64,000 bases of DNA from the human T2T-CHM13v2.0 reference genome, Homo sapiens. Shown one piece after another: positions 1-18,511 of the stretch. The position numbers and the translations under genes were made by a program. The notes under the pieces are model-generated. The model was not told where the DNA came from and searched no databases. It saw only the letters and a program-made list of their open reading frames with translations. The stretch's first letter is position 1. Every line of letters begins with the position of its first letter. The stretch lies in the NCBI RefSeq assembly GCF_009914755.1, contig NC_060942.1, one strand, 5' to 3'.

Positions 1-257
1 TTGGCCAAAGGGGGCCAACTGTTCAAACCGTGTTCAAATAAGGCAAACGCCAAGCTGTAGCCAATCCAACTGTTTCTGTACCTCACTTCTGTTTTCTATA
101 TGTTACTTTCCTTTTTCTGTCTATAAATCTTCCACTGCGTGGCTGCACTGGAGTCTCTCTGAGCTACCCTGGCTTGGGAGGCTGCCTGATTCGCAAAGCA
201 TTCTTTGCTTAACTAAACTTTGTTAAGCTTAATTTGGCTAAGGTTTTTCTTTCAACA
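1..257 (+). mobile_element. MER57-like LTR (ERV1), 3' part
   Basis: ggccaactgttcaaaccgtgttcaaataaggcaaacgcc...aaggtttttctttcaaca resembles the MER57 consensus and ends in CA. Confidence 0.8.
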
Positions 258-285
258 CGTCCCTGCAAAAACTTAAAATAAAAGA

Positions 286-873
<588 letters not shown>

Positions 874-1266
874 TAAGCTGATTATTTCATGATTCATGCT
901 TGGCTTGGGATCTGGGAATGATGGGGAAAGTTACTCTCTCAAAGATTGGCTCTGTCCCCTGGGGAATGTGGGAGGAGGGAGAGTCCAGAATTCGGCTTCC
1001 AAGTGGCCACAAGTCTGGCCTCCTTCACCCAGCCTGTGCCTGTGTCCACAGGACAAGATCCAGGCTGACAGCCATGCACTGCCACACCACTGTCCCAGAC
1101 TGGGGCAAGCAGAAGGGGGCTGTTTCCTCTCATCTTTCCCCAATTTCTTGCTTGCCAGAGGCAATCCTAACTTGGCTAGCGGAAAGATAATCACTTTTGA
1201 AAACATGAGTGAGGTCAGCCCTTCCAGCCACAGCCTGGAGTTTGAAATTACACATTCATTGATTTC

Positions 1267-1770
<504 letters not shown>

Positions 1771-1925
1771 GCAATTAATTGTGGTTAATGACATGTCATA
1801 ATTAATAGCTATGATTATTTTCACGAGCCCTGACATTATCTTCCATTTCCAGGCTTCGCATGTATAAGAGGTCCTAGACACAAATTCACCTACACAAGGG
1901 ATTCAGTCCGTCTTAGGTTCTGCTA

Positions 1926-2265
<340 letters not shown>

Positions 2266-2279
2266 GGAAAACCCCCCTA

Positions 2280-3900
2280 GAAAATGCTTTTCCCGTTGCT
2301 TCCCTGCTAATGGGCCTTTTTCATCAGGGCAGCCTCCAGCCTTAGGATGTGGCCGGTCCCCGTGCGGATGCCCGTTTCCCCTCCTGCCTGCATTCATCTG
2401 ACCGGTTCAGTGGGATCTGGTACTTTTCCTCCCTCCTCCTCGTGCTGGGCTTCCACATCATCCAGACAGCTGCTGCCACATTCCACCGCTCCAGCAGCGG
2501 AAGTAAGGCACATTTAGGCCCTTTCTGGGTGAGTGACAGCATTTGAGATGAGATTAATCAAATGCCAGTGTTAGGGGAAAGCAGCCTTTCCCTGAGTCAC
2601 CTCTGCTCCACCTTTCTCATGACACAGAGCATGAGCCTGTCCAACGGTTGGCCTGTGCGTCAACCTCTGGCCAGGAGACAACGGGCGCCTGTGACCTGGG
2701 CGTGAACCGTCTGTTTGTGCGCATAGGTCTGACACTGCTGCTGGGCGAGCCTGCGTGCCCCTGCCCCGCGGTCCATTGACTGTGCCGCTGAGCACAGGCA
2801 GGGATGTGTGCCTGTCGCCCTGGGCCGCTGTCCCCTGACGGCAGATGAGATATTCTTCCAGCTCAACACTGATGTTGCAGGGTTTTTCCTCACCTACCGC
2901 ATGACGACTGAATGAAAGCATTCCAGGAAACCAAAAGGGCTGGGCAGGCCTCTGGAATTTCAAAGCCGACAGCCTGGCCCTGCTGGCAGCTCATTTCTGC
3001 CGCGTCATTTTCTCTGAACTGTAGGAGTAGTTTTGTAGCAAACTTATCACCAAAATCCCACAAATGTTAAGCATTACCCTTCTTAGAAAGGAAAAGCCTA
3101 CTTACTTTTCCCCATTGGAAGACTTCAATTTTTTAAGATTCAAGAAATCCCCAAAAGTCATGATAAAGAAGAGGGAAAACAGACTGAGCATACCCATCCC
3201 CTTTTAAATTCAAATTTATTTTGTTTTTTTCTGCTTAGCTACAGGGAAGGTTTGATCATATCACATCTGAGTTAGGCCATATGCACCCAGGGGGAATCTC
3301 AAGAGCAAACTAATCTAAACTCCAAGAAATAGACCACTAAGACCCACCCAGGTAGTACTCACTGAACGCTCTTCCTGCCTCTCATAAGAACCAAAAATAG
3401 CGGTTTCCCGCAGATGCTCCCAGAAGCAAAGTCTACCTACCACACACACAATATGCAGAAGGGAAAAACCCAAGCCACAAGTCCCTAAACGCCTGAGTCG
3501 TGACTCATGGAGGCTGTCCTCCACCCCTGCCAAGTATAAGAAATGATTTCTACCCACCCACTTCTCTAAGGAGATGGTCCCTCATTCCTCTCTCCCGAGC
3601 AGGCTTCACAGCCCCCTTCATAGAGATGAAGCCCTAGTCATTAAATGCCCAGTGATGTTACGACTGCCAAATTCTATGACTATTTGGAAAGTTTTATCAG
3701 GTATGGATACACTCCACCTATTTGCTTAGGTGGCCAAGATCTCTGTGCAGTTGCACAGACAGTTTCTGTCCTCCCACCCCGTGAGAGGTTGTGTGTGTGT
3801 TTGCGGGGGCTGGGAAGCTAATGGAGGGAAGGAGAGACCTCCTCAGGTGAGTCACCTTGCAGTGGAACTGCTTCCTGTGTGTGTGAAGTTCTTCAAGGAG
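2280..3900. promoter_or_regulatory. Enhancer-like unique block with AP-1, TEAD and STAT motifs
   Basis: TGAGTCA 2593-2599, TGACTCA 3501-3507, TGAGTCA 3848-3854; CATTCCAGGAA (TEAD plus GAS) 2919-2929; locally raised CpG; no recognisable repeat. Confidence 0.55.
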
Positions 3901-4481
3901 GCACCACTTCACGCAATGCCCCAAACAGAAAAATCGAAGCAAATTAGCAAATTATTTTCTAGGAGATTAGATGTTGGACAACTTCAAGCTTTCACAATAG
4001 AAAATGGCTTGTTTTAAGGCAGTTAAACCCAAAGCATGCCTTTTTTGGGGTTTTGTTTATGAATATGTTGTAATCTAAGAAGAGTAATGTTCTTACAGAA
4101 AAATTAGACCTTCATGATTGCAATCTAAGTGAGAGGCAATTAGGCTTATTTTTCTTAGAGATTAGTACATCATGTTAGTTCAGAAAGCATTTGTAAAACA
4201 GAAAAAAAAAGGAAATCATAAATATCAATTTCATCTTAACACAATGCAACTATCACTGTTCTCAACCTGAGTTCTTAATTTCTGGCATGTCACAAATTCC
4301 TTGAACTACCAATGTTGAACTAACCTCCCCTGACCCAGGGAGTTGAATAGTTTTTTCAAAGGATATGATCAAATCTCTGTTCATGCATGCCTACATTTAT
4401 TCATTTTCCAAAAGCATAAATTAATTCTGAGGGACAGAAAGTAGACTTGTGCTTGCCTAGGTTTGTGGGAGATGAAAATGT

Positions 4482-4779
4482 GGCTGGGAGCCATGGCTCA
4501 CACCTGTAATCCCAGCATTTTAGGAGGCTGAGGCAGGAGGATCATTTCAGCCCAGGAATTCAAGACCAGCCTGGACAACATAGGGAGACCCATCTCTACA
4601 AAATAAAAAAATTAGCCCAGCGTGGTGGCACATCCCTGTAGTGCCAGCTACTTGGGGGGCTGAGGTGGGAGGATCACTTTAGCCCGAGGTTGAGGCTACA
4701 ATGAGTAGTGATCGCGCCAGTGCACTCCAGCCTGGGCTACAGAGTGAGACCCAGTCTCAAAAAAGAAAAAAAAAAAAAA
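4482..4779 (+). mobile_element. AluJ
   Basis: Dimeric Alu with J-type features and poly-A tail. Confidence 0.88.
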
Positions 4780-4780
4780 G

Positions 4781-5080
4781 ATCAGGAATGGCGGCTCACA
4801 TCTGTAATCTTAGCATTTTGGGAGGCTGAGGTGGGAGGATTGCGTAAGCCCAGGAATTTAAGACAAGCCTGGGCAACATGGCAAAACTCAGTCTCTACAA
4901 AAAATACAAAAATTAGCTGGGCATGGTGGTGGGCGTCTGTAGTCCCAGCTACTCAGGAGGCTGAGGTGGGAGGATCACTTGAATGTGGGGGGTCAAGGCT
5001 TCAGTGAGCCGAGATCACACCACTGCACTCCACCCTGCTGGGTGACAGAGCAAGAACCTGTTAAAAAAAAAAAAAAAAGC
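4781..5080 (+). mobile_element. AluJ
   Basis: Dimeric Alu directly after the previous A-tail. Confidence 0.88.
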
Positions 5081-5092
5081 AAAGAAAAGAAA

Positions 5093-5385
5093 GCTGGATG
5101 TGGTAGCTCATGCCTATCATCCCACTACTTTGGGAGGTGGAGGTGGGCGGATCACTTGAGGTCAGGAGTTCAAGACCAGCCTGCCCAACATGGAAAAATT
5201 TTGTCTCTACTAAAAATATAAAAATTGTGGTGGCGTGCACCTGTAATCCCAGCTACTCGGGAGGCTGAGGCAGGAGAATCATTTGAACCCGGGAGGGCGG
5301 AGGCTGCAGTGAGCTGAGATCACGCCACTGCACTCCAGCCTGGGCAACAGAGTGAGACTCTGTCTCACAAAAAAAAGAAAAGAAA
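5093..5385 (+). mobile_element. AluS
   Basis: Dimeric Alu with A-tail. Confidence 0.88.
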
Positions 5386-5558
5386 ATATTTGAAGCTAAG
5401 ACTGTGGTGATGGTTGTACAACTCTGTGAGCACACACACAAAAAACGCTGAATTGTGCACTTTAAACGAGTGGATTTTATGACATATGAGTCATATTTCA
5501 ATAAGGTCATTAACAATGTACCTGAAAGAATTACATGGTCTCATGAAAGTACTGCTAA

Positions 5559-5744
<186 letters not shown>

Positions 5745-6140
5745 TGATTACTAATACAATGCTCTTGAGAAGAACAGATTGCAGAAGTTTATAGGCTTCT
5801 GAGCTCAGGGAAGGCACTGACCGAGTCCCAGGCAGGCAAATGCAGTGAGTGAATTTGTTCAGTCCAATGTGTTGTCAGTTTCCTTCGTACAGTTCCATGA
5901 GATAGAGGAATGTTAGGCATATATGTTTGCTTTCTTATCCCCCATCTTTCCTGTCCTTCTCCCACACGCTACAGTCCTACACGCTATCCGGATGCTTCTC
6001 TAATGGGTGGGCGTATCAGAATTTTGAGGAGGAAGACAGTGAAGAGCAGGTAGTTTTTGTAATTTGAAAAAACATACAGTAGTTTGTCTTGTAATATAAT
6101 ATTTAGTTGTGGGGCATTCCTTCTTTCTCTGCTATATATA

Positions 6141-6268
6141 TTTTTAGAGATGGGGTCTTCCTCTGTTGCCCAGGCTGCAGTGCAGTGATGTAATCACATC
6201 TCACTGCAACTTCAAATTCCTAAGCTCAAGTGATCCTCCTGCCTTAACCTCCCAAGTAGCTGGGACTG
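6141..6268 (-). mobile_element. AluJ fragment
   Basis: Antisense right-arm sequence. Confidence 0.8.
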
Positions 6269-6296
6269 CCCATCTAATTAATCCCTCCGCTATTTT

Positions 6297-6954
<658 letters not shown>

Positions 6955-7616
6955 TATTCTTAAAGAATAATTACAAAATGAAGATTCCGAAACCACCACG
7001 TAGGCCAAGCTATAGAATGCCTCCGAGCCTGCAGTTCACATTCCCCGTGCATCTTTTCCCTGTTACAAACCCCTCCTATCCCAGAAGTAACTAGTCTGCT
7101 GATATTTGTCATTATTTTCTTGCCTTTAGTATTTCTGCATGCATTCCTAAACAATATAGCTTGATTATGCCTGGTTTTGAACTTTAAATTAAAAGAAGCT
7201 TACTACATATATGTATTCTTTTGTATTTTGCTTCTTTTACTTAATGTTGTGGGTTGATTCACCTATATTGTAATTACATACAACTTGTCAATTTCCATTG
7301 CTATATGAAAATACCATTTCATTGCATGGAAATAAACAATAAAAATACATTTTACTATAGATGGATATTTAGGGTTTTTTTGGTATTTGAACAATGCCAC
7401 CATGAATATTCCTGTCCTGTATTTGGCACACAAGTAAAAGACTTTTCTAGAAAATGTTCGGGTTGTTTGCTATGAGTTTCTTCATAATGTCAAATAATAT
7501 TTTTAAAAATGTGGATATTGTCCCAACATACACTCCCATAACAGTGCATGAGAATTCCTATTGCTGCTGCATATCTTTGCCAACATTTGATATTGTTACA
7601 CTTTATAATTTTTTGT

Positions 7617-7855
7617 GGCCAGGCACAGTGGCTCACACCTACAATCCCAGCACTTTGGGAGGCCAAGACAGGAGTTTGAGACTAGCCTGGGTAACACAGC
7701 AAGACGCCATCTCTAAAAAAATAAATAGCTGAGGTGGGAGGATCACTTGAACCTGGGAGGTTGAGGCTGCAATGAGCCATGATTGTGGCACTGCACTCCA
7801 GCTTGAGTGACAAAGTGAGGCTCTGTCTACAAACAAATAAATAAAAATAAAAAAT
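7617..7855 (+). mobile_element. AluJ (internally deleted)
   Basis: Alu with deletions in both arms and a (TAAA)n tail. Confidence 0.82.
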
Positions 7856-7856
7856 A

Positions 7857-8233
<377 letters not shown>

Positions 8234-8493
8234 TTAATTTACTTATTTTGGATTCCTAATGAGATGAGCACTTTTTGCAGGTTTTGATATTTCGATGTCC
8301 CTTTCTTGTGAAGGGCAAAGTTTGAACACAATAGGCAAATGTAGCAATCTTTTTAAAAATTTTCATGCTCTTCATATTTTATTTCAGAAACTTCCCCTAC
8401 CCCCATATCATTTTGGGAAGCTTTATTGTTTGGCCTTTCACATTTAGGTCTTAAATTCAACTAGAATTGCTTAGGAGGGCTGGAGTATAAAGT

Positions 8494-9024
8494 TGTAATG
8501 GTTAATTTTATGTGTCAACTTGACTGGGCCATGTGGTACCCAGACATTTGGCCAAATATTATTCTGTGTGTGTCTGTGATGGTGCTTCCAAGTGAGAGTA
8601 TTACATTGGAATCAGTAGACTGAGTACAGCAGATTGCTCTCCCCAGTGTGGTTGGGCCTCATTCAATCAATTGAAGACCGGAATAGAATAAAAAGACTGA
8701 ATATGAGAGAATTTCTCCTGTCCGACTGGTTAAGTTGGGGCATCGGTTTTTTCCAGCCTTCAGACTTGGCCTGAAACATTGGTCCTCCTTGGGTTGTGAG
8801 CCTGCAGGTCCTCAGACTGAAACTATCCATCAGCTCTCCTGGTTCTCAGGCTCCTGGATTCAAGCTGGAAGTACACATCAGGTCTCCTGGGTCCTCAGCT
8901 TGATGACTCGAGATCTTGGGAATTCTCGGCCTCTATAACTGTGTGCCCCAATTCCCTATAATAAATCTTTGTCTTTCTCTCTCTCCTGTTGTCTCTGTGT
9001 CTCTGAAGAACCCTGGCTAATACA
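8494..9024 (+). mobile_element. MLT2 solo LTR (ERVL)
   Basis: tgtaatggttaattttatgtgtcaacttgactgggcca...gaaccctggctaataca; TG...CA termini. Confidence 0.88.
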
Positions 9025-9400
9025 AAGGTATAGTCCAATTTTATTTTATTTTTTTTCCAAATAAATACTCCTCAGTGACAGCACCATCTACTGAATATTG
9101 TCCCTTCCCCACTGAATTGCAAAGATGCCTCTCAAGCTTCCATATGAGCACGGGACTATTTCTGTAATCTGTAGTCTGTTCTGTTGGGCTACTGCCCTGT
9201 CCTTGTGCTAACACCATGTCTTATTACTATAGGCTAATTATGAATCTTGATGCTCAATAGGGCAAATCCTCTAATTTTGCTGCTTTTCAAGAGTATCTTG
9301 GCTGTATGTGGCACTTTGCAAAAACTAAAACACAACAACAACAACAAAATTCAGGTTTTTGGTTGATATTGCATTAAATTTATAGATCAGTTTTAAGTGA

Positions 9401-9750
<350 letters not shown>

Positions 9751-9928
9751 GACTCTTTTTATATGACTTTAGGAGTTAGTCTAGAAATTCTAATCCACAT
9801 ATTTAACTTACTAATATCTAGACTTAATACCCTTAACCTTTTCTTAGAAAATACAAGGTACTTAAAACACTTTAACTCCTGACTTCTACTGGGTTATATG
9901 TATTTTTAATTCTGTCTTTTAAAAAATA

Positions 9929-10240
<312 letters not shown>

Positions 10241-10257
10241 CACAAGATGTAATTTGT

Positions 10258-10541
10258 TATTTTTATTTTATTTTTTCAAGACGAGGTCTCGCTCTGTGGA
10301 GTGCAAATGGCGAGATCATAGTTCATTGCAACCTCGACCTCCCAGGCTCAAGCGATCATCTTATCTCAGCCTTCTGAGTAGCTGAGACCACAGGTGTGTG
10401 CCACCACACCGAATTTTCTTATTTTTTGTAGAGGCAAGTTCTCCGTTGCCCAAGCTGGCCTCCAACTCCTGGCTCAAGTGATCCTCCCACCTCGGCTTCC
10501 CCAAGAGATGGGGTTACAGGCATGAGCCACTGTGCCTGGCC
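10258..10541 (-). mobile_element. AluJ
   Basis: Antisense Alu with TSD tcacaagatgt. Confidence 0.88.
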
Positions 10542-10724
10542 TCACAAGATGTTGTTATCTTTGTTTTACACTATCAATGCCCATGCGTCCTTACTTAATT
10601 ATTAACCACTGTATTGCTGTTCATTCTTCCTGCATCTCATATCTTCCATCAGGGATCATTTTTCTTCTACATAAAATAAATCATTTGTAATTTCCTTTAG
10701 CGGTGGTCTGCAGTCTTCATTTGA

Positions 10725-11091
<367 letters not shown>

Positions 11092-11582
11092 TAATCCTTG
11101 GTGGGTTGTTTCTCTCATTTATGATGCCTTGTTTCCTTGTATGCTTGGTTATTTTTGACAGTGAGAAGATTACTTTCCTTGGGAGCTTATTTTGGAAGGT
11201 TATATGTGGCCTAGAAAAAGTCTTTTTTTTTCTGTAGAGGATTATCATTTGAAATATATCATTCATGGCTTGAAGTTTTTTGGACCGTTCAGGTGATGTA
11301 AATTTGGGCTGAGGTTTGAATGAGAGCTCATGGTTACAACTTCTCATGAATGGATAACCCCCAATTTTAGTACCAAGACAAGTGTTTGTTTTTGTGTTTT
11401 GAGTTGAGATGGGGAGTGGATCATATGGCAATGACTACTTGCTCATCTTTACCTTTAGGGTATAATCTTTTTGGGGTGCCAGGTTTATGGGATAGAATTT
11501 TCCTATTAGGCTACGCCTTGGGCAAGTTTTGGGCTTTAAAGTCTGCTTCTACCTACTCTAGGTACCATCAAAGCCTAAATTG

Positions 11583-12030
<448 letters not shown>

Positions 12031-12159
12031 TTAGCTTGGATTTTTTAAAAGTTTAGAAACACTATTCTGTAACTGTATTCAGTCCTGTTTTCTAAAATTT
12101 CACTGAAATTGCAATTCTACAAATTCTGTAATGAAGTTCCTTTATATTTTGTGATTCCT

Positions 12160-12300
12160 TAGATAATGTGCTAAAAGCTATAGATACTTTTCTCCAGAGG
12201 TAATTCACATATGCACACATGTATACACTTTTATTATAATTTCAAATGGTTTAAGAGACCCTCTAAAGTCCATTCATGGAGTCAGTGTAAGAACGTAAGC
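12160..12300. mobile_element. Ancient hAT-type DNA transposon remnant (MamRep38-like)
   Basis: aaagctatagatactt...cacatatgcacac...gaccctctaaagtccattcatgga...taagaac resembles that family. Subfamily is uncertain. Confidence 0.4.
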
Positions 12301-12319
12301 TCTAAAAATACTGAATACT

Positions 12320-12560
12320 ACTTGAATTTCCATAAGTAAAGGAATAGTTAAATAACTACGGCCATGCATGAAAACAGAATTTTATGAAGACATTAAAAAG
12401 AAGGTAACTTTATATTTACCAATATAGATAGATGCTAAAGATACAATGTCAAGTAAAAAGAGCAATTTGCCCAGCATATTAGAATAATTTTGGTTGTGTA
12501 TATATATTATGTATGTTATGATTCCATTTGTGTATGTGTATAGAAAATATCTGAATACAC
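12320..12560 (+). mobile_element. L1ME 3' fragment
   Basis: ggaatagttaaataactacgg...attaaaaagaaggtaac...aagtaaaaagagc. Confidence 0.55.
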
Positions 12561-12645
12561 AAGAATTTTGGACAATGTGGCTGGATGAGTATTATACACA
12601 AGAATACACAAGAAATTTGGACAATGCGGCTGGATGAGTATTATA
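12553..12645. repeat. 49-bp tandem duplication (~1.9 copies)
   Basis: gaatacacaagaa(t/a)tttggacaatg(t/c)ggctggatgagtattata starts at 12553 and 12602. Confidence 0.9.
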
Positions 12646-13511
12646 GAGACTTTTTTCTTTAAAATAAGTTATCTTTGAACATCCCCCCCCACTATAAATT
12701 TGTATACTTTTTTTGCATATATTAAAGAAAAAAATCAAATTAATTAAAAGGTGAATCTTTTTTATAATACATAATGTTTTATTTATAATCTACTCCAAAG
12801 AAAAAAGTGACTTTGTATTTATTGCTATTCAAGTGAGATCCTTTTCTGTAGCTGAAAACTTTGATCTCCCTTTCCTTCTTTGTTTACCTAAAGGTTAAGA
12901 GACATTTTTGGACTTTCCATCCTGGCTTGACTCATCACTGGTTGATCATCTTGCTTTTGATTCTCTTCTTCAAGTTTTCAATTTCTTATTTATGTGTAAT
13001 GCCCTGACATTATAATAATAAAATCCAGATAGATGTAAATTATATTGAGAATATTGCCTTCATTTCTATATGAATTCACTTAATTTATGTCCTTTTAAGA
13101 CACACTTTGTGATTTTAATACAAACTGGTTCATGGATTATTAATTCAAATTATGCTGTTATAGTCAACCACATGAGATGAGGTAATTGGAAAGATACCAT
13201 GTTCTTACATAACGATTTGGTCTCTGAATGACTGAAGGACTCTCCCTGTCATTTATTTGTACAGATGAATTTATTCGAAGGTGAACAAAGTAATTCTAAT
13301 CTTTACCAAACATTAAATTTCCTACTTGATATTTCAACTCAATGACATCCAATTTTTTTAAGCAGAGTAAATTTTCTAACTTTATTATCTGACATACATG
13401 AGGCGTGTTGAATAACATTAGAAAAGAGACATTTTCCCTGGCTCCTGTTAGAGCAGGGTTTGGAATGAAGCAGGGAAGTGTGTATAATAAACATAGAAAT
13501 CACTACAATAG

Positions 13512-13905
<394 letters not shown>

Positions 13906-14329
13906 TGTCTGTCCCATTTTTTTGTCAGCAAATAGGAGCTCCACCTTCTTGGCCAACTCATTCATTCATTCTTGCAGCAGTGGGTGTGGTGACCTCTACT
14001 GTGACTAGCTGAGGACAACCTCCTGGGGACCAGGGAAGCTGCTGGGGATGTACTTTAATGAGAATACTCACCAGCAGATGGCCACCATCTCTGTCTTGCA
14101 GTCAGTTACTTGCTAACAACTTCCTTATGTTTAACCCAATTCTCTCTTGGAATGTAACCCCCTAACTTTGAATTCTAATCTTCAAAAAGAAAGAAACTGG
14201 CAATATCCAATTTGTAAGCCCTCATTCTTCCCCTCATAACTATGTTTAAATAGTCAGCAATTCCATGAATTCAATCTCCTCATCCCATGGATGACTTGGT
14301 CTTGACAGGCCTTCCTCAATAATCACTGG

Positions 14330-14850
14330 ATTTTCTGCCTCTAATCCAGACCCTTCCTAATTCACTCTTCGAAATGCCTTCTGAGTTGTATTTTGAAGAA
14401 AGCAACTCAATACTTCATTCACTGGCTTAAAGATCTTCAATATCTCCTCATTTCCTAAAGAATGAAATTCAAATTCCTTGAGGGGATTTTGACAGTTGGG
14501 CCCTTTATCTTCTGCCTCTTCCTATTCTCTCCCCACATACCTTTCGCTCTTTTCTCAGATATGTGTATGGTCCTGTTTCCCTGACTTGACACGTGCAACC
14601 CTTCTGCTTGGAGTTTCCACCCTCCCTTTCTTTACCTGGCCAACTCCTATCATCCTTCAGGTGTGCTGTCACCTCTCCTGTGAAGCCTTCCTAGGTTATC
14701 TGCTTTGTCCTCATGCTCTCTTAGCCTTTAAAGGCTGTCTTTTACACCTTTCATTCACTAATTATAGATTTCTGTCTCCCCAAGAGATAAGAACCCATGT
14801 CCTCACTATTTCTGAGTCCAGACCCTATAGAGTGCCCAGTTCAATAGAAT
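14330..14850 (+). mobile_element. L2 fragment
   Basis: ggcttaaagatcttcaatatctcctcatttcctaaagaatgaaattcaaattccttg...cacctctcctgtgaagccttcc. Confidence 0.6.
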
Positions 14851-14879
14851 TTGTTTTCAATTATACTTTTGTATATAAT

Positions 14880-15492
<613 letters not shown>

Positions 15493-15921
15493 ACTTTTAC
15501 ATGTCTTAAATGAGTTCATATGTCTTTCTAAGGAAACTCAATCTTTTCCTAAGAACAAAACTGAACTATCACAAAATGAACCCCTGGATGTCCCTGATTA
15601 TCCAATAGGCAACAGTGATACCCCATCCTTTTGATTGTTGTAAAATTTTGCAGTGTATGTTTATGGATATTTGCAGGGATAGTGAGTGAGCAAGAAAGGG
15701 GCAAAGGCTGATCAAGGAATTTCATTTCTTCCTAATTTTAAGACCCACAATCTGGTAATATAAAATGATACGTGCAAATCCCTAGAAAAGTCTCCATCTG
15801 AGGCTCTCCTCTTGTTTGCCTTCTAGAAACACGTTTAGTTTATTTGGTAAAGGAGACACACTTCGCTCCTGGTAGCACTTTCCTATATCTACGATTTTGC
15901 TCTTTTAAAAATGTTTTTCTA

Positions 15922-16230
15922 GGCCAGGCGCAGTGCCTCACAACTGTAATCCCAGGACTTTGGGAGGCTGAGGTGGGAGGATTGCCTGAGCCCAGGAGTT
16001 CAAGACCAGCCTGGGCAACATGGCAAAACCCTGTCTCCCCCACCAAAAAAAAAAAAAAAAAAAAATTAGCCGGGCATGGTGGCATGCACCTATAGTCCCA
16101 GCTACTCAAGACACCAAGGTGAGAAGATTGATTGAGCCTGGGAGGTCGAGGCTTCAATGAGCCATGATTGTGCCACTGCAATCCAGCTTAGGCAACAAAG
16201 TGAGATACTGTCTCAAAAATTAAAAAAAAA
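15922..16230 (+). mobile_element. AluJ
   Basis: Dimeric Alu with an expanded central A tract. Confidence 0.88.
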
Positions 16231-16394
16231 ATTCTAGTTATTTAAATATTATATCAATATAATACACAGAGTTTTGTTAAAACTTATCCAATTCCAAATA
16301 TATTAGAAAGACTAATGCCTGACTTACGTTTCTTTGGCACCTAATGTATTTTCAATTCATAACTCTATGGTTTGTTGCATTATCACTATTGTAG

Positions 16395-16712
<318 letters not shown>

Positions 16713-17010
16713 CTTTTTTTTTTTTTTTTGAGACAGTGTTTCACTCTGTTGCCTAGGCTGGAGTGCAGTGGTGCAATCATAGCTCACTGTAGCCTTGACC
16801 TCCTGAGCTCAAGTGATCCTCCTGCCTCAGCCTCCTGAGTGTCTAGACTATGGACTTGTACCGCCATGCCTGGCTAGTTTTTAAAAGTTGTTTTGTAAAG
16901 ATAGGGTCTTATGATATTGCCCAGTCTGTTCTTGAACTCCTGGCCTCAAGTGATCCTCCCACCTCAGCCTCCCAAACTGTTGGGATTACAGGTGTGAGCC
17001 AACATGGCTG
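16713..17010 (-). mobile_element. AluJ
   Basis: Antisense J-type Alu. Confidence 0.88.
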
Positions 17011-17508
17011 TCTTTTCTCCCCCCATCTTGTGATTTTATATTTTGTTTTTCTTCCCTCAGTCACATTAATGTATATCTTACTGCCTTGGATGACATCTTA
17101 ATGAGATATTTATACTTTATAAAGATCACAGTGACTATTCTGTTAATCTTACATTTTTAAAAGTGTGAAAATTTTAAGAATAATATCAAATTCTTGAGGC
17201 ATTATGTGCTTTCTGTTTTTAACATCAGGCAAACATTCAATATCATCAGTACTTGATACCATTAGTATTTGATTCCTACATTATCAAGAGAACAACCCTA
17301 AATGAGTCTGATTATAACAAAGTCCAATAAGATCCTAAAATGGTCACATTGGCTTATGGCATCAAAGTGGATATTAGATAAGGTTGCAATCGTTGTATAA
17401 ATCTCATTTCCTTTCATCTACTTTATCTAACCACACTTAGTGATAAATCCACAAGAACTCCAAAACTAATGCTACACTGTGCCTTCAGTTTCCTAAGATA
17501 GCTTTTTA

Positions 17509-17989
<481 letters not shown>

Positions 17990-18004
17990 CTAGAATTTTG
18001 TATG

Positions 18005-18054
18005 GGAATCACAGCCCATTGGCTTAAAAGGAATCACAGCCCATTGGCTTAAAA
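18005..18054. repeat. Perfect 25-bp tandem duplication
   Basis: ggaatcacagcccattggcttaaaa twice. Confidence 0.95.
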
Positions 18055-18168
18055 TCTGATTACAGATGAGGTTTCTGAAGGGCCAGCTTGGCATATCAGT
18101 GACTCAGGCAAAAAGCCTCTGAAATCTCTGATGCAGATGATGATGAAGTAACAGTCTGGTGAACATAA

Positions 18169-18511
<343 letters not shown>

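Larger units (their letters stand above)
4415..5515 (+). mobile_element. L1M (L1MB-like) 3' end interrupted by three Alus
   Basis: gacagaaagtagacttgtgcttgcctagg...gtggtgatggttgtacaactctgtga...ctgaattgtgcactttaaa...tcaataa. Confidence 0.65.

Noticed and set aside
2680-2850. CpG island
   Set aside because: Too short and sparse by eye for a standard island; treated as part of an enhancer-like block.
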